64,000 nucleotides of DNA, taken from the NCBI GenBank assembly GCA_005893165.1, contig VBOR01000057.1, positions 15,408 through 79,407 on the forward strand, given 5' to 3'. Under the pieces are notes generated by a model. The model was not told where the DNA came from. It made no database searches and was given only the letters and a program-made list of their open reading frames with translations. Source of the stretch: Candidatus Eiseniibacteriota bacterium (GTDB lineage Bacteria > Eisenbacteria > RBG-16-71-46 > SZUA-252). The position numbers and the translations under genes were made by a program. Positions 17,351 to 26,260 of this stretch are shown here, piece by piece. Every line of letters begins with the position of its first letter. Positions within the stretch are counted from its first letter, which is position 1.

Positions 17351-19697
17351 CGCGCACATTCTTCCACTCTCCGGTCAGGACGAGCAGGCCCTGGCGAAGC
17401 TGCTCCAGCGGGAGGGGCTGAGGCTCACGCCCGGTGAAGCGCGGCGCATGCTCGAGCTCCTGGGGCGGGATCCCACGCGCGTCGAGGCCACGATCTTCGA
17501 CACCATGTGGAGCGAGCACTGCTCGTACAAGAGCAGCCGCTGGGTGCTGAAGGCGCACCTCCCGGTGGAGAGCCCCCGCGTGATCCTGGGTCCCGGGGAG
17601 GATGCCGGTGTGGTCCGGCTCGGCGTGCATCAAGGGGTGGAGTACGCGCTGGTCATCGCGCACGAGAGCCACAATCATCCGTCGCAAGTCGTCCCCACGG
17701 AAGGCGCGGCGACCGGGATCGGCGGCATCGTCCGCGACGTGGCCTGCATGGGCGCCGAGGTGATCGGTGTCCTGGACGCGCTCCGGTTCGGAGATCCGGA
17801 CGGACCGCGCGCCGCTCCGGTGCGCGAGATCGTGCGCGGCGTGGTGGACGGGATCTGGCAGTACGGAGACGCGCTCGGCGTTCCCAATCTCGGCGGCGAC
17901 GTCTTCTTCTCGCCGCGTTTCGACGAGAACTGTCTCGTGAACGTGGTCTCGCTGGGGTTGGTGCGCGCGGACCGCGTGGTGCGAAGCCGCGTCCCGGAGG
18001 CGGCTTCCCGGGAACCGTATGTCCTGATCCTGGTCGGAAAGCCCACCGACGAAACCGGATTCGGCGGCGCCTCGTTCGCGTCCGCGGTGCTCGAGGAGAA
18101 CGCTGAAGGACAGCGCGGGCACGTCCAGGTGCCCGATCCCTTCCTGAAGCGCGTCCTCCTCGAGGCGAACCGCGCGGTGCTCGAGTGGCTGCACCACGAG
18201 AAGGTCGCGTTCGGGTTCAAGGACCTCGGCGCGGGGGGCATCGCCTGCGCCTCCTCGGAGCTCGCGGCCGCGGGCGGATTCGGCATGGACGTGGATCTCG
18301 ACCGGGTACCGGCTTCGCGCGAGGATCTCCCGCCCGAGGTGCTGGCCTGCTCCGAGACGCAGGAGCGCTTCGCGATGGTGGTGCCGGAGCGCGTCGCGGA
18401 GCGCGTGCTGGATTTCTACAACAAGACCTACGCGCTCCCCGAGGTGTACCACGGCGCGCGCGCGGCGATCGTCGGCCGCGTGCGTCCCGACAAGCACTAC
18501 CGGATCCTGAAATCGGGCCAGCCGGTCGGCGACGCGTTGGTGGAGGTGATCACGGCGGGAATCGAGCACCGGCGTGCGGAGCGTCCGCGCGCTACCGCTC
18601 CGCCCGCGGAGCCGCTCCCTCCGGTGGAGGACCACGAGGCGTTCTTCACGCGCATGGTGGGGCGCCCCAATCTGGCGTCGCGCGAGCCCATCTTCCGGTA
18701 CTACGACACGGAGGTGCAGGGAAGGATGCTGATCCGCGCCGGCGAGGCGGACGCTTCGGTGCTGGCACCGGTGCCGGGATCGAAGCTGGGCGCGGCGATC
18801 ACCGTGGATGGAAACCCCTGGTGGGTCGCGGCCGACCCTTACTGGGGAACCGCGCACATCGTGGCCGAGGCCCTGCGGAATCTCGTCGCGGTGGGATCGG
18901 AGCCCGTCGCGCTCACCGATTGCCTCAACTTCGGGAATCCCGAGGACCCGGAGGTCTTCGCGGATTTCGTCCGGAGCGTGCGCGGGCTGGGAGACGCGGC
19001 GCGCGCTCTCGGCCCCGAGGGCCCTTCCGGTCCGCCGGTCGCGATCGTCTCGGGGAACGTCTCCTTCTACAACGAGTCCCGCTCAGGCCGCTCCATCGAG
19101 CCCTCTCCCATCATCGCGGGTCTCGGGGTGTTCGACGACGTGAGCGTGGCCACGACGTTCGGGATCAAGCGCGCGGGCAGCGTCCTGGTCCTGAGCGGCC
19201 CGCGGCAGGATCGTCTCGGCGCGTCCCAGTTGCGCCACGCGCTCACCGGGAAGACCGACGGCCCGCTGCCGGAGCTCGATTTCGACCGGGAGCGTAGACG
19301 CATCCACGCCACCCTCGACGCGGTGCGGAGCGGCTGCGTGCTCGCCGCGCACGATCTGGCCGAGGGGGGGCTCGCGATCGCGGCGCTCGAGATGGCGCTG
19401 GGCGGCTACGAGGCCCAGGGAATCGGAATGCAGATCCCGATCTCCGGGCTCGGGAGCACCCGCCCGGAATCACGCCTCTACTCGGAGGCGCCGGGGTTCC
19501 TCTACGAAGTGGCGAAGGAGCATTTACAGCAATTTCTCGGCCTCTTCGAGCGGTGGGGCGTGGACGTGACGATGACGGGGCGGACGCTGGCCGAGCCCCG
19601 GTTCCGGATTCTCGACGGAGGACACACGCTGGTGGACCTGGACCTCGAGAGCGTGCAGCGGATCCACGCGGACGCGCTCAAGCCGCTCGCGGAGTGA
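17316..19697 (+). CDS. purL: Phosphoribosylformylglycinamidine synthase subunit PurL (small-PurL type); start codon uncertain
   Basis: MWSEHCSYKSS, HESHNHPS, collinear with B. subtilis PurL end to end. Confidence 0.9.
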   Translation: MFWESPLQQLDNAHILPLSGQDEQALAKLLQREGLRLTPGEARRMLELLGRDPTRVEATIFDTMWSEHCSYKSSRWVLKAHLPVESPRVILGPGEDAGVVRLGVHQGVEYALVIAHESHNHPSQVVPTEGAATGIGGIVRDVACMGAEVIGVLDALRFGDPDGPRAAPVREIVRGVVDGIWQYGDALGVPNLGGDVFFSPRFDENCLVNVVSLGLVRADRVVRSRVPEAASREPYVLILVGKPTDETGFGGASFASAVLEENAEGQRGHVQVPDPFLKRVLLEANRAVLEWLHHEKVAFGFKDLGAGGIACASSELAAAGGFGMDVDLDRVPASREDLPPEVLACSETQERFAMVVPERVAERVLDFYNKTYALPEVYHGARAAIVGRVRPDKHYRILKSGQPVGDALVEVITAGIEHRRAERPRATAPPAEPLPPVEDHEAFFTRMVGRPNLASREPIFRYYDTEVQGRMLIRAGEADASVLAPVPGSKLGAAITVDGNPWWVAADPYWGTAHIVAEALRNLVAVGSEPVALTDCLNFGNPEDPEVFADFVRSVRGLGDAARALGPEGPSGPPVAIVSGNVSFYNESRSGRSIEPSPIIAGLGVFDDVSVATTFGIKRAGSVLVLSGPRQDRLGASQLRHALTGKTDGPLPELDFDRERRRIHATLDAVRSGCVLAAHDLAEGGLAIAALEMALGGYEAQGIGMQIPISGLGSTRPESRLYSEAPGFLYEVAKEHLQQFLGLFERWGVDVTMTGRTLAEPRFRILDGGHTLVDLDLESVQRIHADALKPLAE

Positions 19698-19699
19698 CG

Positions 19700-20560
19700 A
19701 TGGCGCGCGTCGCGGTGGTGCAGATTCCCGGGGTCAATTGCGAGTACGAGACCGCGCGCGCCCTCGAGGTCGTCGGCCTCACGGCCAGGATCGTGCGCTG
19801 GAACGAGCCCGCGTCGGTCTGGAGCGAGTTCGACGCGTACGTGATTCCGGGAGGGTTCGCGTTTCAAGACAGGATCCGCGCCGGCGCCGTCGCGGCCAAG
19901 CTGCCCGCCGTGGACCGCATCGCGGCGGAGGCGGAGCGCGGAAAGCCGGTGCTGGGGATCTGCAACGGCGCCCAGGTGCTGGTCGAGGCGGGGCTCGTGC
20001 CGGGACTCCATCCGGGCAGGGTGGAGATGGCGCTCGCGCCGAACCGGGCGCCGAGGCGCGAGGGATATCTCTGCCGCTGGTCCTGGCTCGGCGTGACGCC
20101 GGGCCCGGGAAGCTCCTGGTACGCCCGGAACGTGCGTCCCGGACAGGTGATTCCGATGCCCATCGCGCACGGGGAGGGGCGCTTCCTTACGGCGGACCCC
20201 GAAGTGCAGGAGCGCATCGAAATAGAGAACCTGGTGCTCTATCGCTTCGTCGCCCCCTCGGGGGGACGGGCGGTCCGCTATCCCTTCGATCCGAACGGAG
20301 CCACGCTGCAGGCTGCGGGAATCACGAACCGGGCGGGGAATATCCTGGCCTTCATGCCGCATCCGGAGCGCGCGACGTGGCTCCGGCAGGTCCCGCTCGA
20401 GCTGAAGAACGCCTGGGGGGAATCGCGCCGGGCCGCGGTGGGGAACTGGGAAGCGCTCGAGGGACCGGGCCCGGGGAGAATCCTCTTCCAGTCCCTCGCG
20501 TCGAACCTTCTTTCCCCCTCGGCCGAGGGAGCACGTCCCGGGCGCGAGGCGCGATCGTGA
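19700..20560 (+). CDS. purQ: Phosphoribosylformylglycinamidine synthase glutaminase subunit PurQ, with a C-terminal extension of roughly 30 to 55 aa (by comparison with the ~227-aa typical length; not aligned)
   Basis: GICNGAQ nucleophile, HPER; ATG 4 nt after the purL stop. Confidence 0.9.
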   Translation: MARVAVVQIPGVNCEYETARALEVVGLTARIVRWNEPASVWSEFDAYVIPGGFAFQDRIRAGAVAAKLPAVDRIAAEAERGKPVLGICNGAQVLVEAGLVPGLHPGRVEMALAPNRAPRREGYLCRWSWLGVTPGPGSSWYARNVRPGQVIPMPIAHGEGRFLTADPEVQERIEIENLVLYRFVAPSGGRAVRYPFDPNGATLQAAGITNRAGNILAFMPHPERATWLRQVPLELKNAWGESRRAAVGNWEALEGPGPGRILFQSLASNLLSPSAEGARPGREARS

Positions 20561-21156
20561 GCGCGGTGCTCCTGGTCGGGCTCAAGATCACGGACCTGAG
20601 CGCCTGGACCGCGCTCGAGACGGGCCGGAGACTCCTCGAGCCGGGGCATACGCTGAGCCGGATCGCGCGGGAGCAGCTGCTCCTCTTCGAGCCCGAGCCC
20701 GGCGGCAAGGCGGAAACGTTCGAGCGCACGCTGGGAGAAGCGGTGCGTCAATCCAATTTCTTCGTGAACCCGAACAAGGAGCGCTACCGGTTTCTCACGT
20801 CGTCCGAGCGAGGGGAGTCCTGGTCGCCGCCCGACAGCGCCTGGGGGATCCTGAGCCGGGTGCGCGAGGACACGCGGGACGACGGGCTCAAAGCGCGGCT
20901 CCTGCGCGAGCATCCGATGCCGGGGCTGGGCGCGATCCGTAGAGCGAAGGTCTGGTGGCTCTGGTCGCGCGGACCGGACGGAACGCCGGCGGCGCCCTAT
21001 TTCCGCGAGACGCTCGGGGAGCTTCGGGACCAGCGGCACGGGCTCCTCGTGAACCCGCACGCCGAGACCGCAATGCTGCTGCACGGCGCGACTCCCTGGA
21101 GCCGCGTCGACCGATTCCTGATCCAGCCTGCGCCCGCGCTCCGGGCAGCGGCGTGA
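20557..21156 (+). CDS. purS: PurS-like protein with two tandem PurS-fold halves (fused pseudo-dimer)
   Basis: GTG overlapping the purQ stop; first half VLLVGLK...SRIAREQLLLFEPE...FFVNPNKERYRFL, second half ...GLLVNPHAETAMLL, both resembling PurS V.V.LK...LLANPVIEDY. Confidence 0.55.
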   Translation: MSAVLLVGLKITDLSAWTALETGRRLLEPGHTLSRIAREQLLLFEPEPGGKAETFERTLGEAVRQSNFFVNPNKERYRFLTSSERGESWSPPDSAWGILSRVREDTRDDGLKARLLREHPMPGLGAIRRAKVWWLWSRGPDGTPAAPYFRETLGELRDQRHGLLVNPHAETAMLLHGATPWSRVDRFLIQPAPALRAAA

Positions 21157-21166
21157 GGGAGATCCC

Positions 21167-22624
21167 ATGAACGAGAGCCGTGAACGAACGGATGCCCGCA
21201 TCGAGCGGAACGGGGACCGTCTTCGCGAGGAGTGCGGCGTGTTCGGGATCTGGGGCGCGGAGAACGCGGCCCGGCTCACGTACGCGGGTCTCTACGCGCT
21301 TCAGCACCGGGGTCAGGAGAGCGCGGGCATCGTGGCCACGGACGGCATCGAGTTCCACCATCACAAGGGCGTCGGGCTGGTCCCGGACGTCTTCTCGGGC
21401 AACGTGCTCGACACGCTGCCGGGGTCGATCGCGATCGGGCACAACCGCTACTCCACTCAGGGGAGCTCCCTCTTGCGCAACGCGCAGCCCCTCGTCGTGG
21501 ATTTCCGAGAGGGCATGCTGGCGCTCGGCCACAACGGAAACCTCGTGAACGCGCTCGCGCTCCGGAACGAGCTGGAGTCGCAGGGCTCGATCTTCCAGAC
21601 CACGAGCGACACCGAGGTCATCCTGCACCTCATCGCCCGCTCCAAATCCACGGAGATCGAGCGGATGATCCCGGAGGCGCTGGCGCGCTGCCAGGGAGCC
21701 TTCACCCTCGTGATTCTCGCCGACGGCAAGCTGATCGGCGTTCGCGACCCCCGCGGATTCCGGCCGCTCTGTCTCGGGAGGCGCGGCGAAGCGCACGTGC
21801 TCGCGAGCGAGACCTGTGCCCTGGACATGGTGGGCGCGGAATTCGTGCGAGAGATCCGTCCAGGAGAGCTGGTGATGATCGACGGCTCGGGAGTCAAATC
21901 CTACTCCGCGCTCACGCCCAAGCCCTCGCGGGCCTGTGTCTTCGAGCTGATCTACTTCTCGCGCCCCGACAGCGAGGTCTTCGGCGAGAGCGTCGATCAG
22001 ATCCGCAGGCGCCTGGGACGGACCCTCGCCAAGGAGCACCCCGCCCCCGCGGACATCGTCATCTCGGTCCCCGACTCGAGCAACTCCGCGGCCCTGGGCT
22101 ACTCGGAGGAATCGCGCATTCCCTTCGAGCTGGGCCTGATCCGGAACCATTACGTGGGGCGCACGTTCATCGCGCCGCAGCAGATGAAGCGGGATTTCGG
22201 CGTGAATCTGAAGTTCAACCCGGTGCGGCGGATCCTGGAAGGGAAGCGCGTGGTGGTCGTGGACGATTCGATCGTCCGCGGCACCACGAGCCGGAGCCTG
22301 GTCGCGATGCTCCGGAGCGCCGGCGCGCGCGAGATCCACATGCGCGTCTCCAGCCCGCCCATCGGCTGGTCCTGCTACTACGGGATCGACACGCCGAATC
22401 GCAAGGAGCTGATCGCCTCCTCCCACACGGTCGAGGAGATCCGGAAGTACCTGCACGTGGATTCGCTGGGATACCTCTCCATGGAAGGGCTCCGCTCCTG
22501 CGTCTCGCGCCCCGACGATCACTGCTACGCGTGCTTCGACGGCAAGTACTCGGAGTGGTACGGAGAGCCTCTCGGCAAGCTGGCCATGGAACGGCCGCAA
22601 ACCCGTATCGAAGGACGCCGTTAG
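21167..22624 (+). CDS. purF: Amidophosphoribosyltransferase with an N-terminal propeptide before Cys1 (B. subtilis type, Fe-S cluster cysteines at the C-terminus)
   Basis: ...REECGVFGIWG; PRPP loop VVVVDDSIVRGTT; C-terminal CYACFDGKY. Confidence 0.95.
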   Translation: MNESRERTDARIERNGDRLREECGVFGIWGAENAARLTYAGLYALQHRGQESAGIVATDGIEFHHHKGVGLVPDVFSGNVLDTLPGSIAIGHNRYSTQGSSLLRNAQPLVVDFREGMLALGHNGNLVNALALRNELESQGSIFQTTSDTEVILHLIARSKSTEIERMIPEALARCQGAFTLVILADGKLIGVRDPRGFRPLCLGRRGEAHVLASETCALDMVGAEFVREIRPGELVMIDGSGVKSYSALTPKPSRACVFELIYFSRPDSEVFGESVDQIRRRLGRTLAKEHPAPADIVISVPDSSNSAALGYSEESRIPFELGLIRNHYVGRTFIAPQQMKRDFGVNLKFNPVRRILEGKRVVVVDDSIVRGTTSRSLVAMLRSAGAREIHMRVSSPPIGWSCYYGIDTPNRKELIASSHTVEEIRKYLHVDSLGYLSMEGLRSCVSRPDDHCYACFDGKYSEWYGEPLGKLAMERPQTRIEGRR

Positions 22625-22705
22625 CCCCGTTTCGCCCTTCTCAAGTTCGGTTCCACCGATGCCGATGAATGCCTCGATCCGCCCACAGGCACGAGGGACC
22701 GATCG

Positions 22706-24802
22706 GTGTCCGAATCCACCAACGTCGCACGCAAGAAGCTGGGGGAATACCTGCTCGAGGCCGGTATCATCACGGACCGGCAGCTCAAGGAGGCTCTGAG
22801 GCGGCAACGCCAGACCAAGGAGCCGCTCGGGCACATCCTCGCCCGCCAGGGCATGGTGAGCGAGGCGGACATCTGCCGCGTCCTGCACCAGCAGCTGGGC
22901 CTTCCCATCGTCGAGCTGGAGAGCATCGCCATCGACGAGCAGGTGATCGCGCTCGTTCGCGAGGACCTGGCCAAGAAATACACCGCGATCCCGATCGAGC
23001 TCGAGAATCGCAGCACGATCCGCGTGGCCCTGGCGGATCCCTTGAACGCGCAGGCGCTCGAGGACATCAAGTTCCAGAGCGGCTACTTCGTGCGTCCGGT
23101 CCTGGCGCCCCCCTCCGAGATCGTGGAAGCGATCGCGAAGTACTACCATATCGACGCCTCCGTCGTGGAGATCCTCGAGAACATCATCAAGAACGATCCG
23201 ATCCAGGAGATCCGGGAGATCGTTCCGAGCGAGGGGGAGGAGAACCTCGACGAGCTGATGAAGGTCAGCTCGGGCCCTCCGATCGTGCGACTCGCGAACT
23301 GGGTGATCACGCGCGCGGTCGAGATGAGGGCGAGCGACATCCACGTCGAGCCCCAGGACAAGTGGGTCGGCGTCCGGTGCCGCGTGGACGGCCTGCTGCA
23401 AGACCTGGAGCGGCTTCCCAAGTGGACCCAGGGGGCGCTGGTCTCGCGCATCAAGATCCTGGCCACCCTGGACATCGCCGAGAAGAGGCTTCCACAAGAT
23501 GGCAGCTTCCGGGTGGAGATCGACAACCGACGCATCGACCTCCGCGTCTCGACCCTCCCCACGGCGCACGGCGAGAAAATCGTGATCCGCATCGTGGACC
23601 AGGAGCGCTCGGCGCTCCATCTGGACTCGCTCGGGCTCTCCGAACAGGCGCTGAACCGGATCCGCGCCTACGGCCAGCGTCCGCAGGGGATCGTGGCCGT
23701 CACCGGACCGACGGGAAGCGGCAAGAGCACGCTCCTCTACTCGCTCCTCCAGCACATCCACAGCGTGACCAAGAACATCCTCACCGTGGAGGACCCGATC
23801 GAGTACCAGATCTCCGGGATCAACCAGGTCCAGGTGGACGAGAAGAGCAAGAAGACCTTCGCCGCGATCCTCCGCGCCATGCTGCGCCAGGATCCCGACG
23901 TCATGATGATCGGAGAGGTCCGGGATCTCGAGACGGCGCAGATCGCCTTCCGCGCCTCGATCACCGGGCACCTCGTGCTGTCCACGGTGCACACCAACGA
24001 CGCCGCCTCCGCGGTCACGCGTCTCGTGGACCTGGGGCTCCAGCCCTACATGGTGGCCTCGAGCCTGATCAGCGTCATCTCGATGCGGCTGGTGCGGCTT
24101 CTCTGCCCCAAGTGCAAGGACCAGTACGCGCCGGTGGGGGACGAGCTCCGAATTCTGGGATTGACGTCGCGTGAGGCGCAGGGGGTCGGTCTCTTCCGCC
24201 CCGTCGGCTGCGAGAACTGCAACCAGACCGGATACCGGGGCCGGACCGGGATCTTCGAAATCCTGGAACTGGACGACCCGCTTCGCCGGCTCATCGCGGC
24301 GGGCGGCGCGGAGTCGATGATCCGTGCCGCGGCCGTGGAGAGCGGCATGACGCCGATCGGAGAGGACGGCCTCATGAAGGTGATGGCGGGCGAGACCTCC
24401 CTCGAAGAGCTGCGGCGCGTCGTCTTCTACGAGGAGGAGGCCGCGCGCCTCTGTCCTTCCTGCCGCCAGACCGCCGCGGCCGAATACCACTTCTGTCCGC
24501 ATTGCGGGCACACGATCACGGCCGCCTGCTTGAAGTGCGACCGCCGGGTGGACGCGACCTGGGAATTCTGTCCCGGCTGCGGGACTCATCGCGTGCCCAG
24601 CGTGATCGCCGGGACCGACGAGAGCCTGATTCCCGCGCCCGAGCCCGCGCGCGCCGCGCCGGCGCGCGTGCCGGTTCCCCCGCGTCCTCCGGGCTCGCCG
24701 CGCACTCCTTCGCCGCAGCGAACCGACGTGCGCCGGGACCTTCCAGCGTCCGGAGAATCGTGTCCGTCCAAGATTCGCGCCGCGAGAAACTCGACTCTCT
24801 GA
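22706..24802 (+). CDS. GspE/PilB-superfamily secretion ATPase of MshE type (N-terminal MshEN-like c-di-GMP-binding repeats) with a C-terminal double zinc-ribbon extension
   Basis: N-terminus KLGEYLLEAGIITDRQLKEAL...PLGHILARQGMVSEADICRVLHQQLGLP; Walker A GPTGSGKST; GEVRD; His box GHLVLSTVHTND; tetracysteine CPKC...CENC; tail CPSCRQ...CPHCGH...CLKC...CPGCG. Confidence 0.85.
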   Translation: MSESTNVARKKLGEYLLEAGIITDRQLKEALRRQRQTKEPLGHILARQGMVSEADICRVLHQQLGLPIVELESIAIDEQVIALVREDLAKKYTAIPIELENRSTIRVALADPLNAQALEDIKFQSGYFVRPVLAPPSEIVEAIAKYYHIDASVVEILENIIKNDPIQEIREIVPSEGEENLDELMKVSSGPPIVRLANWVITRAVEMRASDIHVEPQDKWVGVRCRVDGLLQDLERLPKWTQGALVSRIKILATLDIAEKRLPQDGSFRVEIDNRRIDLRVSTLPTAHGEKIVIRIVDQERSALHLDSLGLSEQALNRIRAYGQRPQGIVAVTGPTGSGKSTLLYSLLQHIHSVTKNILTVEDPIEYQISGINQVQVDEKSKKTFAAILRAMLRQDPDVMMIGEVRDLETAQIAFRASITGHLVLSTVHTNDAASAVTRLVDLGLQPYMVASSLISVISMRLVRLLCPKCKDQYAPVGDELRILGLTSREAQGVGLFRPVGCENCNQTGYRGRTGIFEILELDDPLRRLIAAGGAESMIRAAAVESGMTPIGEDGLMKVMAGETSLEELRRVVFYEEEAARLCPSCRQTAAAEYHFCPHCGHTITAACLKCDRRVDATWEFCPGCGTHRVPSVIAGTDESLIPAPEPARAAPARVPVPPRPPGSPRTPSPQRTDVRRDLPASGESCPSKIRAARNSTL

Positions 24803-26223
24803 TCCAGCGCGGAATCCAGCCCTACGCGTACCGCTTCGACACCACCCACGGCTTCTGCGACATCCAGGAGCGTCACAAGGAGCTGGAGCAATCGGGGGAG
24901 CGCGTTCGCTACGCGGGGCGCCTCATGACCAAGCGCGGACACGGCAAGGCCGCCTTCGCGCACGTCAAGGACCGCCTGGGAGCGCAGCAGGTGTACTTCC
25001 GCGAGGACGCGCTCGGAGCGGAGGCCTTCGCCCGCGCCATGGATCTGGACCTGGGGGATTGGATCGGCGTGGAGGGAACCGTGTTCGTGACGAAGACGGG
25101 GGAGATCACGATCCGCGCCGAGCGCGTCGAGCTCCTGGCGAAATCGCTCCGGCCGCTCCCCGAGAAATGGCACGGCCTGACGGACGTGGAGATCCGCTAC
25201 CGGCAGCGCTACACCGACTTGATCGTGAACGACGAGGTGCGCCTCGTGTTCCGGCAGCGGGCGGCGATCATCCGCGCGCTGCGCGCGTTCCTCGACGCGC
25301 GCCAATTCCTCGAGGTCGAGACGCCTGTGCTGCAGCCGCTCTACGGCGGAGCGTCCGCCCGCCCCTTCGTGACCCGGCACAACACCCTCGACATGGACCT
25401 CTATCTTCGCATCGCGGACGAGCTGTATCTGAAACGGCTCATCGTAGGCGGGCTGGAGCGCGTCTACGAGATCTCCAAGGATTTCCGGAACGAGGGCATG
25501 GACCGGACCCATAATCCCGAGTTCACCATGCTCGAGTTCTACCAGGCGTTCGCGGACTACGAGGAGATGCTCGAGACCACGCAGGCGATGATCCTCGAGA
25601 CGGTGATGGCGGTGCGCGGCACGACCACGGTCTCCTTCGGTAGTGCGGAGATCGATTTCACGCCTCCCTGGCGCCGGCTCACGATCCGCGAGGCCGCGGC
25701 GACGGGGCTGGGCGTCCGGGAGCTTCCGCGGGACGAACGCACGCTCCGCGATGCGGCCGCGCGCGCGGGTGTGAAGCTGGATCCGGCGTTCGGCTACGGC
25801 CGGATCCTGGACGAGATCGTCTCGGAGAAGGTGCAGCCGCAGCTTCAGAACCCCACCTTCCTCGTGGACCATCCCCGCGAGATCTCGCCGCTCGCGAAAG
25901 TGAAGCGCGGGAATCCCGACGTGGTGGAGCGCTTCGAGCTGATCATCGCGGGCATGGAGGTGGCGAACGCCTTCTCCGAGCAGAACGATCCCCTGGAGCA
26001 GCGGCGCGCCTTCGAGCAGCAAGCAACGCTGCGCGAGCGGGGGGACGAGGAGGCGCAGACCCTCGACCTGGACTTCCTGCGGGCCCTCGAGATGGGGATG
26101 CCTCCCACGGGCGGAGTCGGGGTGGGCATCGACCGCCTGGTCATGCTCCTCACGGGCTCTCCCTCCATCCGGGACGTGATTCTCTTCCCGCAGATGCGTC
26201 CCGAGGACGGGCATGACGAGTAG
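24760..26223 (+). CDS. lysS: Lysyl-tRNA synthetase, class II (GTG start overlapping the upstream gene by about 40 nt)
   Basis: Collinear with B. subtilis LysS; motifs EVETPVL, FRNEGMDRTHNPEFTMLE, GGVGVGIDRL. Confidence 0.9.
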   Translation: MSVQDSRREKLDSLIQRGIQPYAYRFDTTHGFCDIQERHKELEQSGERVRYAGRLMTKRGHGKAAFAHVKDRLGAQQVYFREDALGAEAFARAMDLDLGDWIGVEGTVFVTKTGEITIRAERVELLAKSLRPLPEKWHGLTDVEIRYRQRYTDLIVNDEVRLVFRQRAAIIRALRAFLDARQFLEVETPVLQPLYGGASARPFVTRHNTLDMDLYLRIADELYLKRLIVGGLERVYEISKDFRNEGMDRTHNPEFTMLEFYQAFADYEEMLETTQAMILETVMAVRGTTTVSFGSAEIDFTPPWRRLTIREAAATGLGVRELPRDERTLRDAAARAGVKLDPAFGYGRILDEIVSEKVQPQLQNPTFLVDHPREISPLAKVKRGNPDVVERFELIIAGMEVANAFSEQNDPLEQRRAFEQQATLRERGDEEAQTLDLDFLRALEMGMPPTGGVGVGIDRLVMLLTGSPSIRDVILFPQMRPEDGHDE

Positions 26224-26260
26224 CGGGCTCCCGCGCGGCTGAGGCCGCCGCGGATCTCCC

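Noticed and set aside
17316-17360. Separate purS gene upstream of purL
   Set aside because: The purL N-terminal extension MFWESPLQQLD... has no PurS pattern; PurS-like sequence is found instead after purQ.
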